A stretch of 64,000 bases of DNA from Marsupella aquatica. Taxonomy: Eukaryota; Plantae; Marchantiophyta. The DNA lies in the NCBI GenBank assembly GCA_973895155.1, contig OZ316896.1, positions 15,624,576-15,688,575 of the forward strand, given 5' to 3'. The translations under genes and the position numbers were made by a program. The notes beneath the pieces were generated by a model that saw only the letters and a program-made list of their open reading frames with translations, had not been told where the DNA came from and searched no databases. Shown piece after piece: positions 1 through 12,335 of the stretch; position 1 is the stretch's first letter; each line of letters begins with the position of its first letter.

Positions 1-1590
1 ACTGTCAGTGGTGCCGGGGCCAGGGATGGGTTGCACGTGACCAGCCGGTTGAGAAGGACCAACAGAGGCAGTTGACTTGCCTTTGATGTTGGCAAGTTGG
101 GCACGTAGGGACTCAACCTCATGAGTCAGAGACTGGAGTTGAGTTGCCTGTGCGTTGTGAGTCTCCTTCTGAGCTGGTTGCTTCTGTTGCTGCTTGGGCG
201 GTTTGTTGGCACTGGATGCTTTGCCACTGGAAGGAGGAGCAGTTGATGCAGTAGGAACCCTCCTAGTTGGTGGGGGAGTGGAAGCAGGAGCATGAGGAGG
301 GGCTTGCTGTCATAGCTGCTTCCTCTCTGGGAATTTGGCAAAACAAACTGCCTCCAAGTGACCCACTTTCCCACAAAAATCACAAGACAGGTCCTCAGCA
401 ACAATATCACATTCATTAGCCTTGTGATTGGGGTTACCACAGTAGTTGCAAGATGGCAGCATGAAAGCAGCATGGGCTGGCTTGGTCTTGGAACCATACT
501 GTGGCACACGGGAAGGGGTGGCCAGTGTAGGGGCAGCAGATTGGTACCTGGATCGCGGTGGACGTGCAATACTGGCCTCATAATGTGCATGGGCCAACTC
601 AAGTTTCTGAGCAGTGTCATAGACATTGAGCAGGGTGTAGCTGTCTCCAAACTCTGAGAATACTTGCTGCAATACTTGCGAATGGAGAGCTGGTGTGCCC
701 TCCAATGCGCGAAGATAGCGATGAGCAGCTTCCAGGTCAGTGATGCTCTGGGTGTCCTCCTTCAGCTTGAGAAGCCGGTGATACATCATCTTCAATGTTT
801 CATCGCGCTGCCGCACAAAGGTGGCCAACTGCATGATTTTGTCAGCACTCTTGATTGGGAATTCCAATTTAAGAACCTGGAAAAACTCAGCCACTGGATC
901 AGCAAAGGCAGGGAAATCAATGGTGGGATAAATGCCTGATGTAGCCTGTGCCAAGATAATGGGAGTAACTGGCGCCGTGGTAGGAACTGGAGTAGGAGGG
1001 GAAGTGGCAGGAGCAGTAGCATGGGTTGCAATGGTATTCTATAAGGCCAATTGTGAGGCTGCCGCAATTGCACTGGCATAGGCAGGGTTAGGCAATTGCA
1101 TGACAGCAAGCAGCCGTTGAGAGTGCTACTCATACACATCCAAAGCCTCATGGTGCACATACCTAGCTAGCTGCTTAAATGCAAATGCATTTGTGAAATT
1201 GCTGCCGTACTTCAACTCCAATTCGTAAATGATAGTGTAAAAAATGGATTTGAACTCACGCAAAGAAACAGTGCCTGGCCGCCCACTGAAGCGCTCAATG
1301 TGGCCAGATGAGTGACTGGCATCCACGCTGTATGTCGGTGAAGCTGGAACAATCACTGATGCAGAAGGAGTAAAGGGCAAAGAAGCGATAGTAGGCTTTG
1401 GGGTAGTGGTGAAGCGACCGCCAAATGTAGCAGAAGGGTTGCGTGGTGTGGGTGCTGCTGATGTCTGCTGACATCGTCAAAATTGCCGAGACTCCAATGA
1501 AATGGGCACCAACGGTCGTGGATCACTCCGTAAGTGGTACCTGGGCGTTGGTGGCGATGAGCTGCTACCTCCCGGCTTGTCTGTTGACAT
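1..1590 (-). mobile_element. gag: Decayed retrotransposon gag-like ORF with two CCHC zinc knuckles, running off the window start
   Basis: One reading frame from ATG 1590 to <1 joins the ORFs 1126..1380 and 310..954, broken only by 4 in-frame stops (1479-1477, 1128-1126, 1041-1039, 312-310). It contains a gag-like start 'ERFSGRPGTVSLREF' and two CX2CX4HX4C knuckles (CNYCGNPNHKANEC, CDFCGKVGHLEAVC). No introns. Confidence 0.8.
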
Positions 1591-2059
1591 GTTGTGTGAC
1601 AATACCCAAAATGTGTAAAGACTGAGAAAACCCATCACCATCAAAAAACCGTCGGGGAAAAAGGACCCTTAAAACCTCAAATTGTGTTCCCGTCGCGCTT
1701 GCCTATGTGTATACATAGGCGATGTGGGATTGCCGTCCCATGTGTATACCCCGGGCCCGCAGCCCGATGCAGATGACCGACGGCGGTAGCAAAGAAATCC
1801 GCAAAGAAATGGCCCAAAAAACAACAACAAAATGTGAAAGGGGGGCCCTTAAGTGTATACGTCGGCCCCGGCGTGGACCCAGAAACTGACGGAAGGCGCG
1901 CGTCGACGGGAAAGAAAAATAAGGTGGGGACCGGCAACCGAGCGAGTGTGTATACACACTTGAGGCACCGTGCGCTATGCTGCAGACGAATAAAAGCGAA
2001 AGCGAGGTGAGGCAAAAAAGAAAAGGGTGAGGCAAGGAAAAGAAACGGCCCCTAATGGG

Positions 2060-2520
2060 CTCGAGCCCTGCATAGGGCTTCACGCCCCCTCTCCTTATGC
2101 TCCCGAAGAGGTGGGGGCTATGAGCTCCCCCTCCCCTCTTAAACGCGTTGTGGGCCTCGTGCCTGGCTCGATTGTACTCCCCAGGTTCCGTTTAATGCAG
2201 CATAGGGCCTCGTGCCCTCTCCTTGCGCCCCAGCTTTGACTCCCCCTCCCCCTTGCTTTAAATCCCTCATAGGGCCTTGTGCCCCTGGCAGAAACTCCCA
2301 AGGAGGGAGTCGTATGTACTCCCGAGAAGGGAGTCGACTTAACTCCCCTCCCCCTCCTTAATTCCTCATAGGGCTTCGTGCCCTCCTTCCGCTTCCCCCC
2401 TCCCCTTGCGCTTGGTGCTCGGCTCTCCCCCTCCTCTTTAATCCAGCATTGGGCCTCGTGCCCCCTCCTCTCCTCGCACTGCCGGCCCCTATTGAGTGCA
2501 GGGCATGATGCCCTATGCAC
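2060..2520. repeat. GC-rich degenerate repeats (ATAGGGC(C/T)TCGTGCCC motif) upstream of gag, probably the element's 5' UTR/LTR region
   Basis: The motif recurs near 2071, 2151, 2201, 2268, 2368 and 2450, separated by C-rich tracts. Confidence 0.55.
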
Positions 2521-2736
2521 GGACAGCCAGGAGGCAAAGGAAGGAAAATGGCCGGAAAGGGGAAAAACGTCGAGGTGAGACCACAGTGCAGCGGAAATGG
2601 TGAGAAAAATGGGTCTGTGGCCCTATGCAGGTCGCGTTGCAATCGAAAGAGCAAGGCCGGCTCACCGGCAGCCGTGGCCGGGGAATACGAAAAATGGCCC
2701 CGAAATTAAAGAAATGGCGATGGCGCAGCGGCGGCA

Positions 2737-2815
2737 GGTCGCGGCAGTAGGTCGCAAAGCAGGTTGTGGTTGGAAAGGTCGCGGCAGTAGGTCGCAAAGC
2801 AGGTTGTGGTTGGAA
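2737..2815. repeat. Perfect 2-copy ~40-bp tandem repeat
   Basis: GGTCGCGGCAGTAGGTCGCAAAGCAGGTTGTGGTTGGAA occurs twice in succession. Confidence 0.9.
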
Positions 2816-3695
2816 TGAAAAACCTGGGTCCCCACGGGAGTGTTATGTGTTCCAATGTCTGTCGAGGAAATTGCAACGGCTTCACCAAAAATTGTCGAAA
2901 TTGTCACGAGCAATCTTCTTCCCTTCACCGCTAATTCGAGAGTTCTTCTTGAATAAAAGGCGTGATAGAAACAAGTGTACTGAAATCAAATCGAAAACCG
3001 GCGGGATGTCAAGATCGGTCGGGAGCATCTAACGAATCATTGTGTGAATCCCGTGTACGAAACCGACGAGCACTGTCTGAGCTCTATCGACAGTGATTCA
3101 AGAAGAACTGAAAACCCACAAAGAAAGACATGCCCTAAGTAAACAAAGTCCTGGCGTCACACTAACAAGCGCGTTTGCTTCAAGAACGCCTGGCATTTGC
3201 TATAAGAACATGTCCCTAACTCAAGTCGTACACTAACCCTAACTACATACCTAGCGGGCATGTGAGGGACATGCCGATGTACATAAGAGGCGCTGTCCCT
3301 CGGCATGACAAAGGGTGAGACCCCGGGTGAGACAGTTAGAGCTAGGGCAACTAGTCAAATTTTGTTGTTAGACCCCCCCTATGTAGTTCACCCCATAGCT
3401 CTACCAGGCCCTGCAGTTTGGCGATAATTAGGGTCCAATCTGTGTACCTTTGTCTTTGTAGGTTTTTTGCTGGCCTCTCCTTTATTGGGCCTTTTGCGTG
3501 TGGCACCCTGTCTGTTTTGGGTGATTCTAGCTTGTTCCTTTGCAGTGTGATATATTTGTACTACCTTTCTCTTTCAGTTCCCTCTTTCTACGTTTCTTGC
3601 CTTTGGGATCCTCTGACTTCCAGTATGGTGCTTTTTATTCTTTGGCAGATATATAAATTAATATATTTACTGTAAATTTTTTAAAATTTCTTCCT

Positions 3696-3890
3696 AAATT
3701 TTTTTTTCTGAAAATAACCATAATTTATTAAAAAGGGGATGAACAAAGTACAGTAAAGGAAAAGCAAAAGAGTACCAAAGAGGACAAACACACACAAAAG
3801 GACAAATGCAACCTGGAAAACCCAAAAAGAGAAGGATAAGCCTGGATGGTCTGAGAGGTTTATTTGCCCATCCCCATGGACTGTGACACA
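3696..3890 (-). repeat. Short dispersed repeat with T-rich body, AATAAA and A tail (retroposed 3' end, SINE/LINE-like)
   Basis: The minus strand reads TGTGTCACAGTCCATGGGGATGGGCAAATAAACC...AATAAATTATGG...AGAAAAAAAAA. The head motif recurs at ~4328, 5703, 31427 and 59345. Confidence 0.55.
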
Positions 3891-6800
3891 TGCTCCTTCA
3901 CTTTACATCAAAAATCCATACTGTCAGGCTATCTTTAGATGCACGCTTCACTTTACTTTGAAAAGGATCCCACATTTATTTTTCCAGGTGTCCAACTGGA
4001 AAATGTTGCAGATTTGTACATTTAATTGGACACCTTTTGGATACATGCTTAAGCTTAAATGTTTCCAGCATGTTCTCTAATGTCCAATGTAACCTAAGAA
4101 CTTTCAAACTTACCACTTCAGGAAGGACACTTCACTTTTGTGAAGGATGCCTTGAGTAGTTTGTGCCTCAGCATGACTTAGCATGCGTAAACTAATCGGG
4201 AAACTAATGGAAACCAGTTGCATATCAGGAGTTTCATTATTTATAGATTATTTTCCAATCAAAACTATAAAGAGTGCCAGCTGAACATTTTTTGATGTTC
4301 ATAGCCAGTCCATTTTTACTTTGAAAATCCATGGGGGCTTCACAGCAAACCCCTCAGACTATCCAGGCTTAAGATCCCCTCCCCCCCTCTTCCCAAAAAA
4401 AGACAAAATGAAAGGACAATATTTAATTTGCTAATGCCTTACTAGTGAGATCGATGGACTAAATGTCCACATCAAACAAAATAAGGTTCACTTCATGCCC
4501 TAAATAATCACAATTCAACGTTTGGATAGCCAGCGAGTTTGTGCCAAAATGACTAGGCTAGATCTTATTTAAAATAGCTGATCCATTCAGATCCATTCAA
4601 ATCTTTGCGCGTGATTGATAATAGATCCACCCCAATTGAAACTTCGTGCCTGATATGAGACACCCCTTGGATTGAGGCCCCCGAGACCAGAATTATTAAT
4701 TGACCTTCACATCTTAATGGTCATAAGTGACTTACTGTACCTCTCATATATAATCTTGCCTTGTGAAAAGTATACTGCATCGGAATCCTTTGAGATTGCA
4801 ATAGGGGTTTCAAAACTTTTGATTTTGAATAGCCCATGAATGGCTAGATCTTACTTGAGATGGGCTAGTCTTAGTGACTGCTGCTTATGACCAATTTGGC
4901 TTGTGTTAAAATGCTTTATCCAAAGTCTTGAGGTTGAAACAAGCATACTATTTTATTAAACTTTCACAATTCAATAGCTCATTGGTAATTAAATCTTAGT
5001 GGGATCTTAGTTGAGGTGAGCTATTCATATTTGGTGGCCTTAATTGACTACCTCTTCTAAGTTTTTCTGAGCTAAGTGCAAATTGTTTCTTTTCTGTAAG
5101 ATCCTCTATAAACTAAGTAGGCTAATAAAATTAACATGATCAATTGGCCCTTGATTTGATAGTGAAAACTAAATATTCTTGAAAGATATAGCTGTTTAAT
5201 TATTTATGCAGTAGTTAAGCTGTTAGATATGTATCTACAAGTATTCTAGAGCTTTAATGGGGCTTTAAGGGCTCTCAAAGCATGCCAATTAGATATATTG
5301 ACATAACTTCAGTCTAGCTAGTGATAAGCAAGAAATCAATATCCCTCTTTACAGATTTGACTCAAATGAGACTTATAAATGGGCTCTTGACCGTTTCAGA
5401 TAACTTATGTGGAGGTAAGTCACTGCTCATGCAAGCTTAAACTACTCTGGCGAGTGCTTTCCAAAAGTGAGGCATTCTTCCCCAAAAGTTGTAAGTTGCT
5501 CATGCCAAAAGTACTCACAACGTCTTCCAATCATACAACAATCATACAATTGAAGAGCCTGTTGGCTGCTTGTTAATGATATTTGACCATGGTTTTTTGC
5601 GCTCATAGGCAACGGAGCAAATTAATGATCTCAAAAAATTGTCAAAGTTTGTTGAGTAATAGCTTGGAGGGATAACAGAGGATAACAGCAAGATCCTCTG
5701 TAGTCCATGGGGATGGGTAAACTAAATCCCTTGGTCTATTTGGGCTTAATATTTGGTGAAATGGTGAAGCCGTGAAATCTAAAGTGCACGTCAAGGGATT
5801 TGGATTTCACAGTGCCATTAGTCTACCCACTAATGTAAGAAAAACTGAGGTCTTCAAATTAGTAGAGTCATTAACCACCTTGGATGGCAGGGATACCAAA
5901 TTTCTCTTTGTATTAAAAACATACTTCTTACTCTAAACGGGGCTCTAGCCCATGTCATGCTAGATGTTAGAAATGCACATTTTCATAGATCTCATGCAAG
6001 CTCGTAAAATACTCAATGCATGAAAGCAAAAGGGTTGGGGCAGTCACATTGCACTCCCCTATTCTTGTTGTGTGCATTATTAACGGAGAGTTAGTTGTGT
6101 ACTGTGTAGGCCAACCATTTGGACCCTAAGGAATTTATGGTTGGATCCAAAGAATTTGTTGGACAAGGATGAAGAAGGCGTGAGTCCCATACGTGCTCAC
6201 TTAATTTCATTTAATATTATATTCAATTAAAAAAACTTTGTGCTCACTTCAATTTAGCAGAACACATCTAATGACTTCTTTAGCAAAACATAGTTAATGA
6301 CGTCCACAAAATTTTAGTTGACAACAAAGGAACCTTGACTCAAGTTGAGGTAACAGGACTACTGTAGGGTATTATGGTGTAACATTCATTACTACCAACA
6401 AATAAATAGTGTTTGGTACTGCATTGCTAATTGATTGTTTACTAAGTGTCTAGAGACCTTCAGATTGCTGTTTTTTCTTTTAGACTTTTAGACTCTACAC
6501 CAGGCGTACTCACTTGCAAAGCCCCTATTTTATCTCCAAACCGAGTGATACTTTTAATCTAGCAAAGAACTTCTAAACTTCATCCAGATCAGTTGTCACT
6601 CAAATATTCTTCAGTTGAATCACAGTCCGTCAAATACTCTTCAAGAGGAGCCCCAGGCTGAACGCAACATATTTGTACAGCAGGAGAATAACAAGGGGAT
6701 GTGACTCTTAAAAACAATTCACACTCATTGCGTGTGTCTGAAGCCTACAAATATTTTACATTTTGCCAATCAAAGAGATGTCAGTTTGCAATGTTTGGGT

Positions 6801-7409
6801 CTACATGCAATACCGTAGTGTGGGTAACACTATTTATTCTGGCAAAATCATGTGGCCCCCACTAAGTAGTGTACCAGTGCAGTTGGCCCATGCCTTCCAC
6901 GTGGGTTATGAGGTCGTATAGAGATGTAGAGACATATAGTAGATACTAAACCTGTGATCTCGTATAGAGATATTATAGGTACTAAACCCCTGGGATAGAT
7001 TCCCCTTTGTTAATCATAAGAAATTAAAACGACAAATTTACTAATAAGGGTCAAATAAGTACTATAGAGTTAAAGTAAAAAAGGAATTTCCTCTTTCTGA
7101 AAATGCTAGGATAGACTGTTGTAACCAGGATAGGTATCAGCAAAACGCTTGTTCAATTCATATAGCACAGATAAGTGAAATGTGCCAAGAAAACCAGACA
7201 GTCATCTTTGTAAAAACGAAAGTATCTCGCATGTCAGTGAAATTTAGAAATATTTAGTTCATTGCAAAGATTTTCCAATCAATTACTAACTACCCAAAGA
7301 AAAACAGATTTCACTGGATATCCAGGGACCATATCCAATGTCAAAGTCACCCTACCCAAAAACTGGCAGAAATGTAAATGGGGCCACTGAATGACAGAGC
7401 AATCTTGAG

Positions 7410-8848
7410 AAATTAATAACTATCTCAGTTCTTCATGAAAACTAAAGTTATTAGACTCATTAGAAAGAGCTTTCAAAGAATCTTCTAACAAATACAACAA
7501 GAGCCAGATCCCTTTAATATCAAAAGAGAACTGAATATCATACTTTGCTCTTGAAGACCTTTTTGTAAACAAGAAATGGTAAAAGGTGTCACTGTGGAGA
7601 ATGGGCTCCAGAAAGAGAAAATCAGAAAGGGAAATGAAGGCCTCCTTTGGCGTCAAACCTACCTATGAGTAGAAACGCAAAGTTAATATTAAGTCTCTCA
7701 GTTCTTCATAAAAACTAGAATTATTGGACTCTTAGAAAGAGCTTTCAAAGAATCTTGTAACTAGCACAAGAAGAGCCAGATTGGCTTAATGTCAAGAGAG
7801 AACTGAATATTAAAAGTTGCTCTAGAAGACTGTTTTGTAAACTAGAAATGGTGTAGAAGCTGTCACTGCGGAGAAGGAGCCCCCGAAAGAACCCAAAAAA
7901 TAGCATATCAGAGAGGAATGAAGGCCTTTTGTGGAGTCCTCCCTACCAAATAGAAGAAACGCAAAATTAATAACTCTCTCAGCTTTTCATGAATACTAAA
8001 GTTATTGGACTGGTTAGAAAGAGCTTTCAAAGAATCTTGTAGTGAGCACAACAAGAGCCAAATCTGCTTAAACCACCACTGTCCATATAAAAGGAGAAGT
8101 GTCCAAGACTCCTCACTTTTTCACATTTCTCTCCTCTAGGATGAGACTTTGCTCCACAATTTAACAAAAAAGATACTAAAAATGGTGAACCAGGTTTTGT
8201 CCATCACTCCTCACTTTTTCACATTTCTCTCCTCTAGGGTGAGACTTTGCTCCACAATTTAACAAAAAGGATACAAAAAATGGTGAACCAGGTTTTGTCA
8301 TGGACAGTGACTCTTTAATAGCAAAAGAGAACTAAATATCAAAATTTGTTAAAAATTAATTTGTAAACAAAATGGTGTAAAAAGGTGTCACTGCCGAGAA
8401 TGGCCCCCAAAAGAGCAAATCACAAAGGGAAATGAAGGCCTTTCGTGGTGTCCTCCCTACCTAAGAGAAGAAACGCAAATTAATATGAAAAGAGAACTGA
8501 ATATCAAATCTTGCTCTTGAAAACTAGTTCGTAAACGAGAAATGGTGTAGAAGGTGTCACTGCGGAGAATGGGCCCCAAAAAGAGCCCCAAAAAGAGCAA
8601 ATCACAATTGGAAATGAAGGCCTTTCATGGTGTCGTCCCTGCCTAAGAGAAGAAAAGCAAAATTAATATCAAAAGAGAACTGAATATCAAACTTTGCTCT
8701 TGAAAACAAACTACTTCGTAAACGAGAAATGGTGTAAAAAGGTTTCACTGCCGAGAATGGCCCCCAAAAAGAGCCCCAAATCGAGCAAATCACAAAGGGA
8801 AATGAAGGGCTTTCGTGGTGTCCTCACTACCGAAGAGAAGAAACGCTC
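7410..8848. repeat. Degenerate tandem array (~275-bp units, then ~180-bp units) directly upstream of the mPGES2 gene
   Basis: The blocks AGAAAGAGCTTTCAAAGAATCTT, AAGAGAACTGAATATCAAA, GGTGTCACTG and GAAATGAAGGCCTT recur across about six units. Confidence 0.85.
8072..8314. mobile_element. 243-bp MITE-like insertion with TTAA target-site duplication (Kolobok/piggyBac-type target)
   Basis: TTAA at 8068-8071 and 8315-8318. The termini are ACCACCACTGTCCAT and ATGGACAGTGACTCT (11/15 inverted match). The insert interrupts an array unit that reads ...TTAAT..CAA.AGAGAAC in neighbouring units, and its interior is a 2 x 98-bp tandem. Confidence 0.7.
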
Positions 8849-8968
8849 GGTGATGCGCCAAATGCTCGACGGAAAGCTTTACTTCTTACTCATTACTCTG
8901 CTCCCTCACAATCTGTAGCTCCCGTGCAAGAATTTGCGCCCCTCTGTTGCGGTTTTGGAGTTTGCAAG

Positions 8969-11900
8969 ATGAGGGGACGAGGGGTTGCGCTCGTGGCCTC
9001 CGCGCTCCAACGATACTCGACTAAGGCATCGCCTAATCTCGCTACCACCACGATCACCTCTTCTTCTAGGTCTCTAGTATCATGTACTCCTCTTCCGTCG
9101 TCTTCATCACCACTTTTGGAGTTCAGCGGCACTAATTCGAGGTATGGCGGGGACGGACGAGATCGGGCACATGGAGCGCGGGATCGGAGAGTCGGGATGC
9201 TTGCGGCAGTGGGAGCATTCTCAACTTCCTTCGCCTTTTCTTCCATGAGCGCTCCTGTCGCCAAAGAAAGGGTTGCCACAGATCGGTTACCTAAGGAGGT
9301 CGTGCTCTACCAGTATGAAGTCTGCCCTTTCTGCAACAAGGTGAAAGGTTGGTTTCGAGATCTCTTTCCGTTTGGGTTGCTTGCTGTTTTTGCTAATTGG
9401 CCTGTGACATGCACAGGACGTCTCATGATCTTGCCAAGCTTGAGGGCATGTTAGGTTTTGCTACTCTCGATCTTGTTCTCGTTTGCTTGGAAAGATGTGT
9501 TTGTGTGCTGCCACATTGGAATCCCCATATCTGTCCCGCATTAGGGTTCTTGATGTGTTTGCTTACTTAAGAGGAATTTTGTGGAAAATGTATCGTGAAG
9601 TCCCGAATTCTAGCTGGAGCGGAACTCTTCATGGCATCCGCATGTATCATACGCATTGGTTCAACATTTCGAAATGTTTCAATTTAGAGTGTGAAGTTGT
9701 TGTCGGCAAATTGTCGTTCTATATCGAAATGTCGCAAAAGACCTGGAAAGTTTGATCGCTTCTGGTCGAAGGGCGAAATTTCCTGCTGAATTACAATACG
9801 ATGTAGCATTAATTCACTACTTTCTGATTTTTGGGTCATGTTGCAGAAGATGTAGATTGCCTCGTAGCTACTTTACGTAGAGATTCTCGTCACAAATTAG
9901 GGTTACTGGCTCGTTCTTACCTCCTGTCTCGAAATTGCTCCGTCTGATGTCACGTGTACCCATTGGATCATTCATAATTCTATGGCCACTTTGACCCAGT
10001 CATAACTCTTGAACCTGAAGTAATTAAAGTAGCATCTGCTTGAATGTCAACGTATATTTGTTTGGTTGTATTTCTTTCCAGGTGTTGACTTTGGTCTACT
10101 GCTTGGCAGCTTTTCTTGATTACTACGACATCCCCTATCGAGTTATTGAGGTGAATCCAGTAGGAAAGAAAGAGCTAAACTGGTCGGATTACAAGAAAGT
10201 GCCAGTGCTCGTTGTGGATGGAGTACAGCTGAACGACTCCACTGGCAAGTATTTTAACTCTGTCCCTTATAGTCATTGACACTTTCGAGGCTTTTTCTAC
10301 CGCAGAAGGTTTTTAAAAAATCATGTTAATTTCATTTCATGATAGGGCTTTTATTTACCCGTTCAAAGTCATTCTTGGTTCCGACGTTATTCGTTAGAAA
10401 CAAGCGGACATTTGAACAAATAAGCGGACAACTACTCTGCTTTATAACTGGTACCATACCATGTCTTGGCCCCATCCCACCCCATGGCATGGTGTCTGGA
10501 GCTACGTTCTACTTGCAGTGGCCTTCAAAGCTTGATGCTGCTCGTTGTTCAATTCACCCTTTTAGCCGAGTCTATTGAACTATCTTAAACCATCCTGGTC
10601 TACTCTGCAATATCTTCCCAACCTCACGGCCAAATGCGACATAGTGACCATATTCTTGATATCCCAAGAAAGCTCTAGTCATGATTTTAACATCGGCCGT
10701 TGTGGATACACACGGATATGGAGCTCAATCCAACTTTGATTCTTTCTATGGTAGTCCCTGACCTATCGATTCCACTACTCAGCTTTTTCAAACTGCAAAG
10801 CAAATGTCACAACTTAACAAGATGAACATTTTTCATCACATTAGTGGACTTGCAGCCGGAAGAACTTAGATATAAAAAATTTCTTGCAGTCTTTGACTAC
10901 CTTGTGGAAATGTTTCAATGTTTCAAATGGCTGCGTATTTCTGTAATGTATATCCGTAACGTATAAGCTCTCTAATGTATAAGCTCTTTTTGTTTGTTAC
11001 AATTGTCGCTCTCAGTTTTTATGCTCTAGGGTTGTATCGAGGGAAGCGTTAAAACTGATAGGGCCTTAAGATCCGTCCGGGTCTCGGGAAACTTGCTGAA
11101 TCGGATAAGCTTTTGTCTTTCTTTCGTGAAAAAATCTTCAATTAGATTGTCAACGACAGGTAAGATAATATCTGTGGGTATAATCTTTGCTGGGTAGGCT
11201 GGAATACAGACTGATTTGAATGGTCTTGTTTCTACTTCTCCAGCTATTATGACTTCTCTGAGTAAGCAGCTGAAAAACTCTGACCTTTTGAAAGAGGAAG
11301 ACAACAGCGAAGAAGACCAGTGGCGCAGGTTTGTGAAAAATGTCGATGTCTGACCGTGTTCTCTGAGTTCATTGCATGGGTCATATGTCCTTTAAGCATA
11401 TAATCAGGAAGGCCTGTAGAACCAAATGCATCTACTCTCTGGGGGCAGGTTTGTTGTCTTCTTATTTTTACCGTTGATATGCTTTACAGGTGGGTTGATG
11501 ACCATTTGGTGCATTTATTATCCCCGAATATTTATCGATCTCCGAAAGAAGCTCTCGAAGCATTTGGATACATAGCTGAAAGTGGTACTGTCAATTGCCC
11601 TCTCAAGAAAGCACTTGTATTCTTTGACGCAGCCTATTAGTTTTACTTGTTGGGTTCCTGTATTTCTGACGCAGCTGCCTGCTTGACATACATAGCGTTT
11701 GTGAGAGCTTACGGCAAAAAACTATCCAAATTTTCTGACAGGAAATTTCTCAACTACTGAGAGATTTACTGCGAAATATTTCGGAGCAGCAGCTATGTAT
11801 TTCATAAGTAAGCGACTAAAGAAACGTCACAACATTGTTGATGAACGTCAGTCTCTCTATGAGGCTGCAGAATCATGGGTCAAAGCTCTCAATGGTCGCA

Positions 11901-12335
11901 AATATATGGGTTAGTATTACTTCTGTTGCTCAACTTTGTTAATTTCAATATTATCCTAGCACTCGCTTGAGCAGATTCTTTCCATTAATAGGATGCCCTT
12001 AGATTTTTGGTTGACGGATCCTTCGATCGAAGGGTGGACCATTTGTGAATTCTATAGACGTGTACAAGTTCGTCCCTTATTGAAGAAGGAAGATGATAAC
12101 TGTCAGCGATTGTTGGTTTGTGGTCACAGGCGGTGACAAGCCAAATTTAGCAGACTTGGCTGTCTTTGGAGTTCTCCGCCCTATACGCTACTTGCAGTCA
12201 GGAGAAGATATGGTGGCTAACACGAGCATTGGAGCCTGGTATGGCCACATGGAAGAGGCAGTTGGGTCATCATCCAGGCTCGCACCTAATTTCCAGACCA
12301 CTGAACTGGGGAAACACGTAACTGTCGGAAGTTGA
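8969..12335 (+). CDS. PTGES2: Prostaglandin E synthase 2-like (mPGES2, glutathione S-transferase family) with N-terminal organellar transit peptide; 6 exons
   Basis: Exons 8969-9347, 10110-10244, 11244-11328, 11490-11584, 11742-11909 and 12130-12335 splice in frame. Motifs: LYQYEVCPFCNKVKAFLDY (CPFC), YKKVPVL, WRRWVDDHLVHLLSPNIYR, GGDKPNLADLAVFGVLRPI. The N-terminus is S/R-rich. Intron 2 has a GC donor. Confidence 0.93.

Noticed and set aside
126-1160. ORFs 126..650, 358..657, 664..939 and 792..1160
   Set aside because: They are alternate-frame or antisense shadows of the gag frame, with no motifs.
1677-3032. Cluster of 60-140 aa ORFs
   Set aside because: They arise from GC-rich repeats, with low-complexity translations and no recognisable domains.
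4400-7400. Possible decayed LINE/RT sequence
   Set aside because: No convincing RT or endonuclease motif could be read in any frame; BLASTX would be needed.
8077-8309. CACTG...CAGTG termini suggesting a CACTA element
   Set aside because: The 3-bp flanks (CAC versus ACT) do not match; the TTAA duplication 5 bp further out fits better.
7410-8848. Repeat array as a CRISPR-like locus
   Set aside because: The units are long and degenerate with no unique spacers, the context is eukaryotic, and there are no cas genes.
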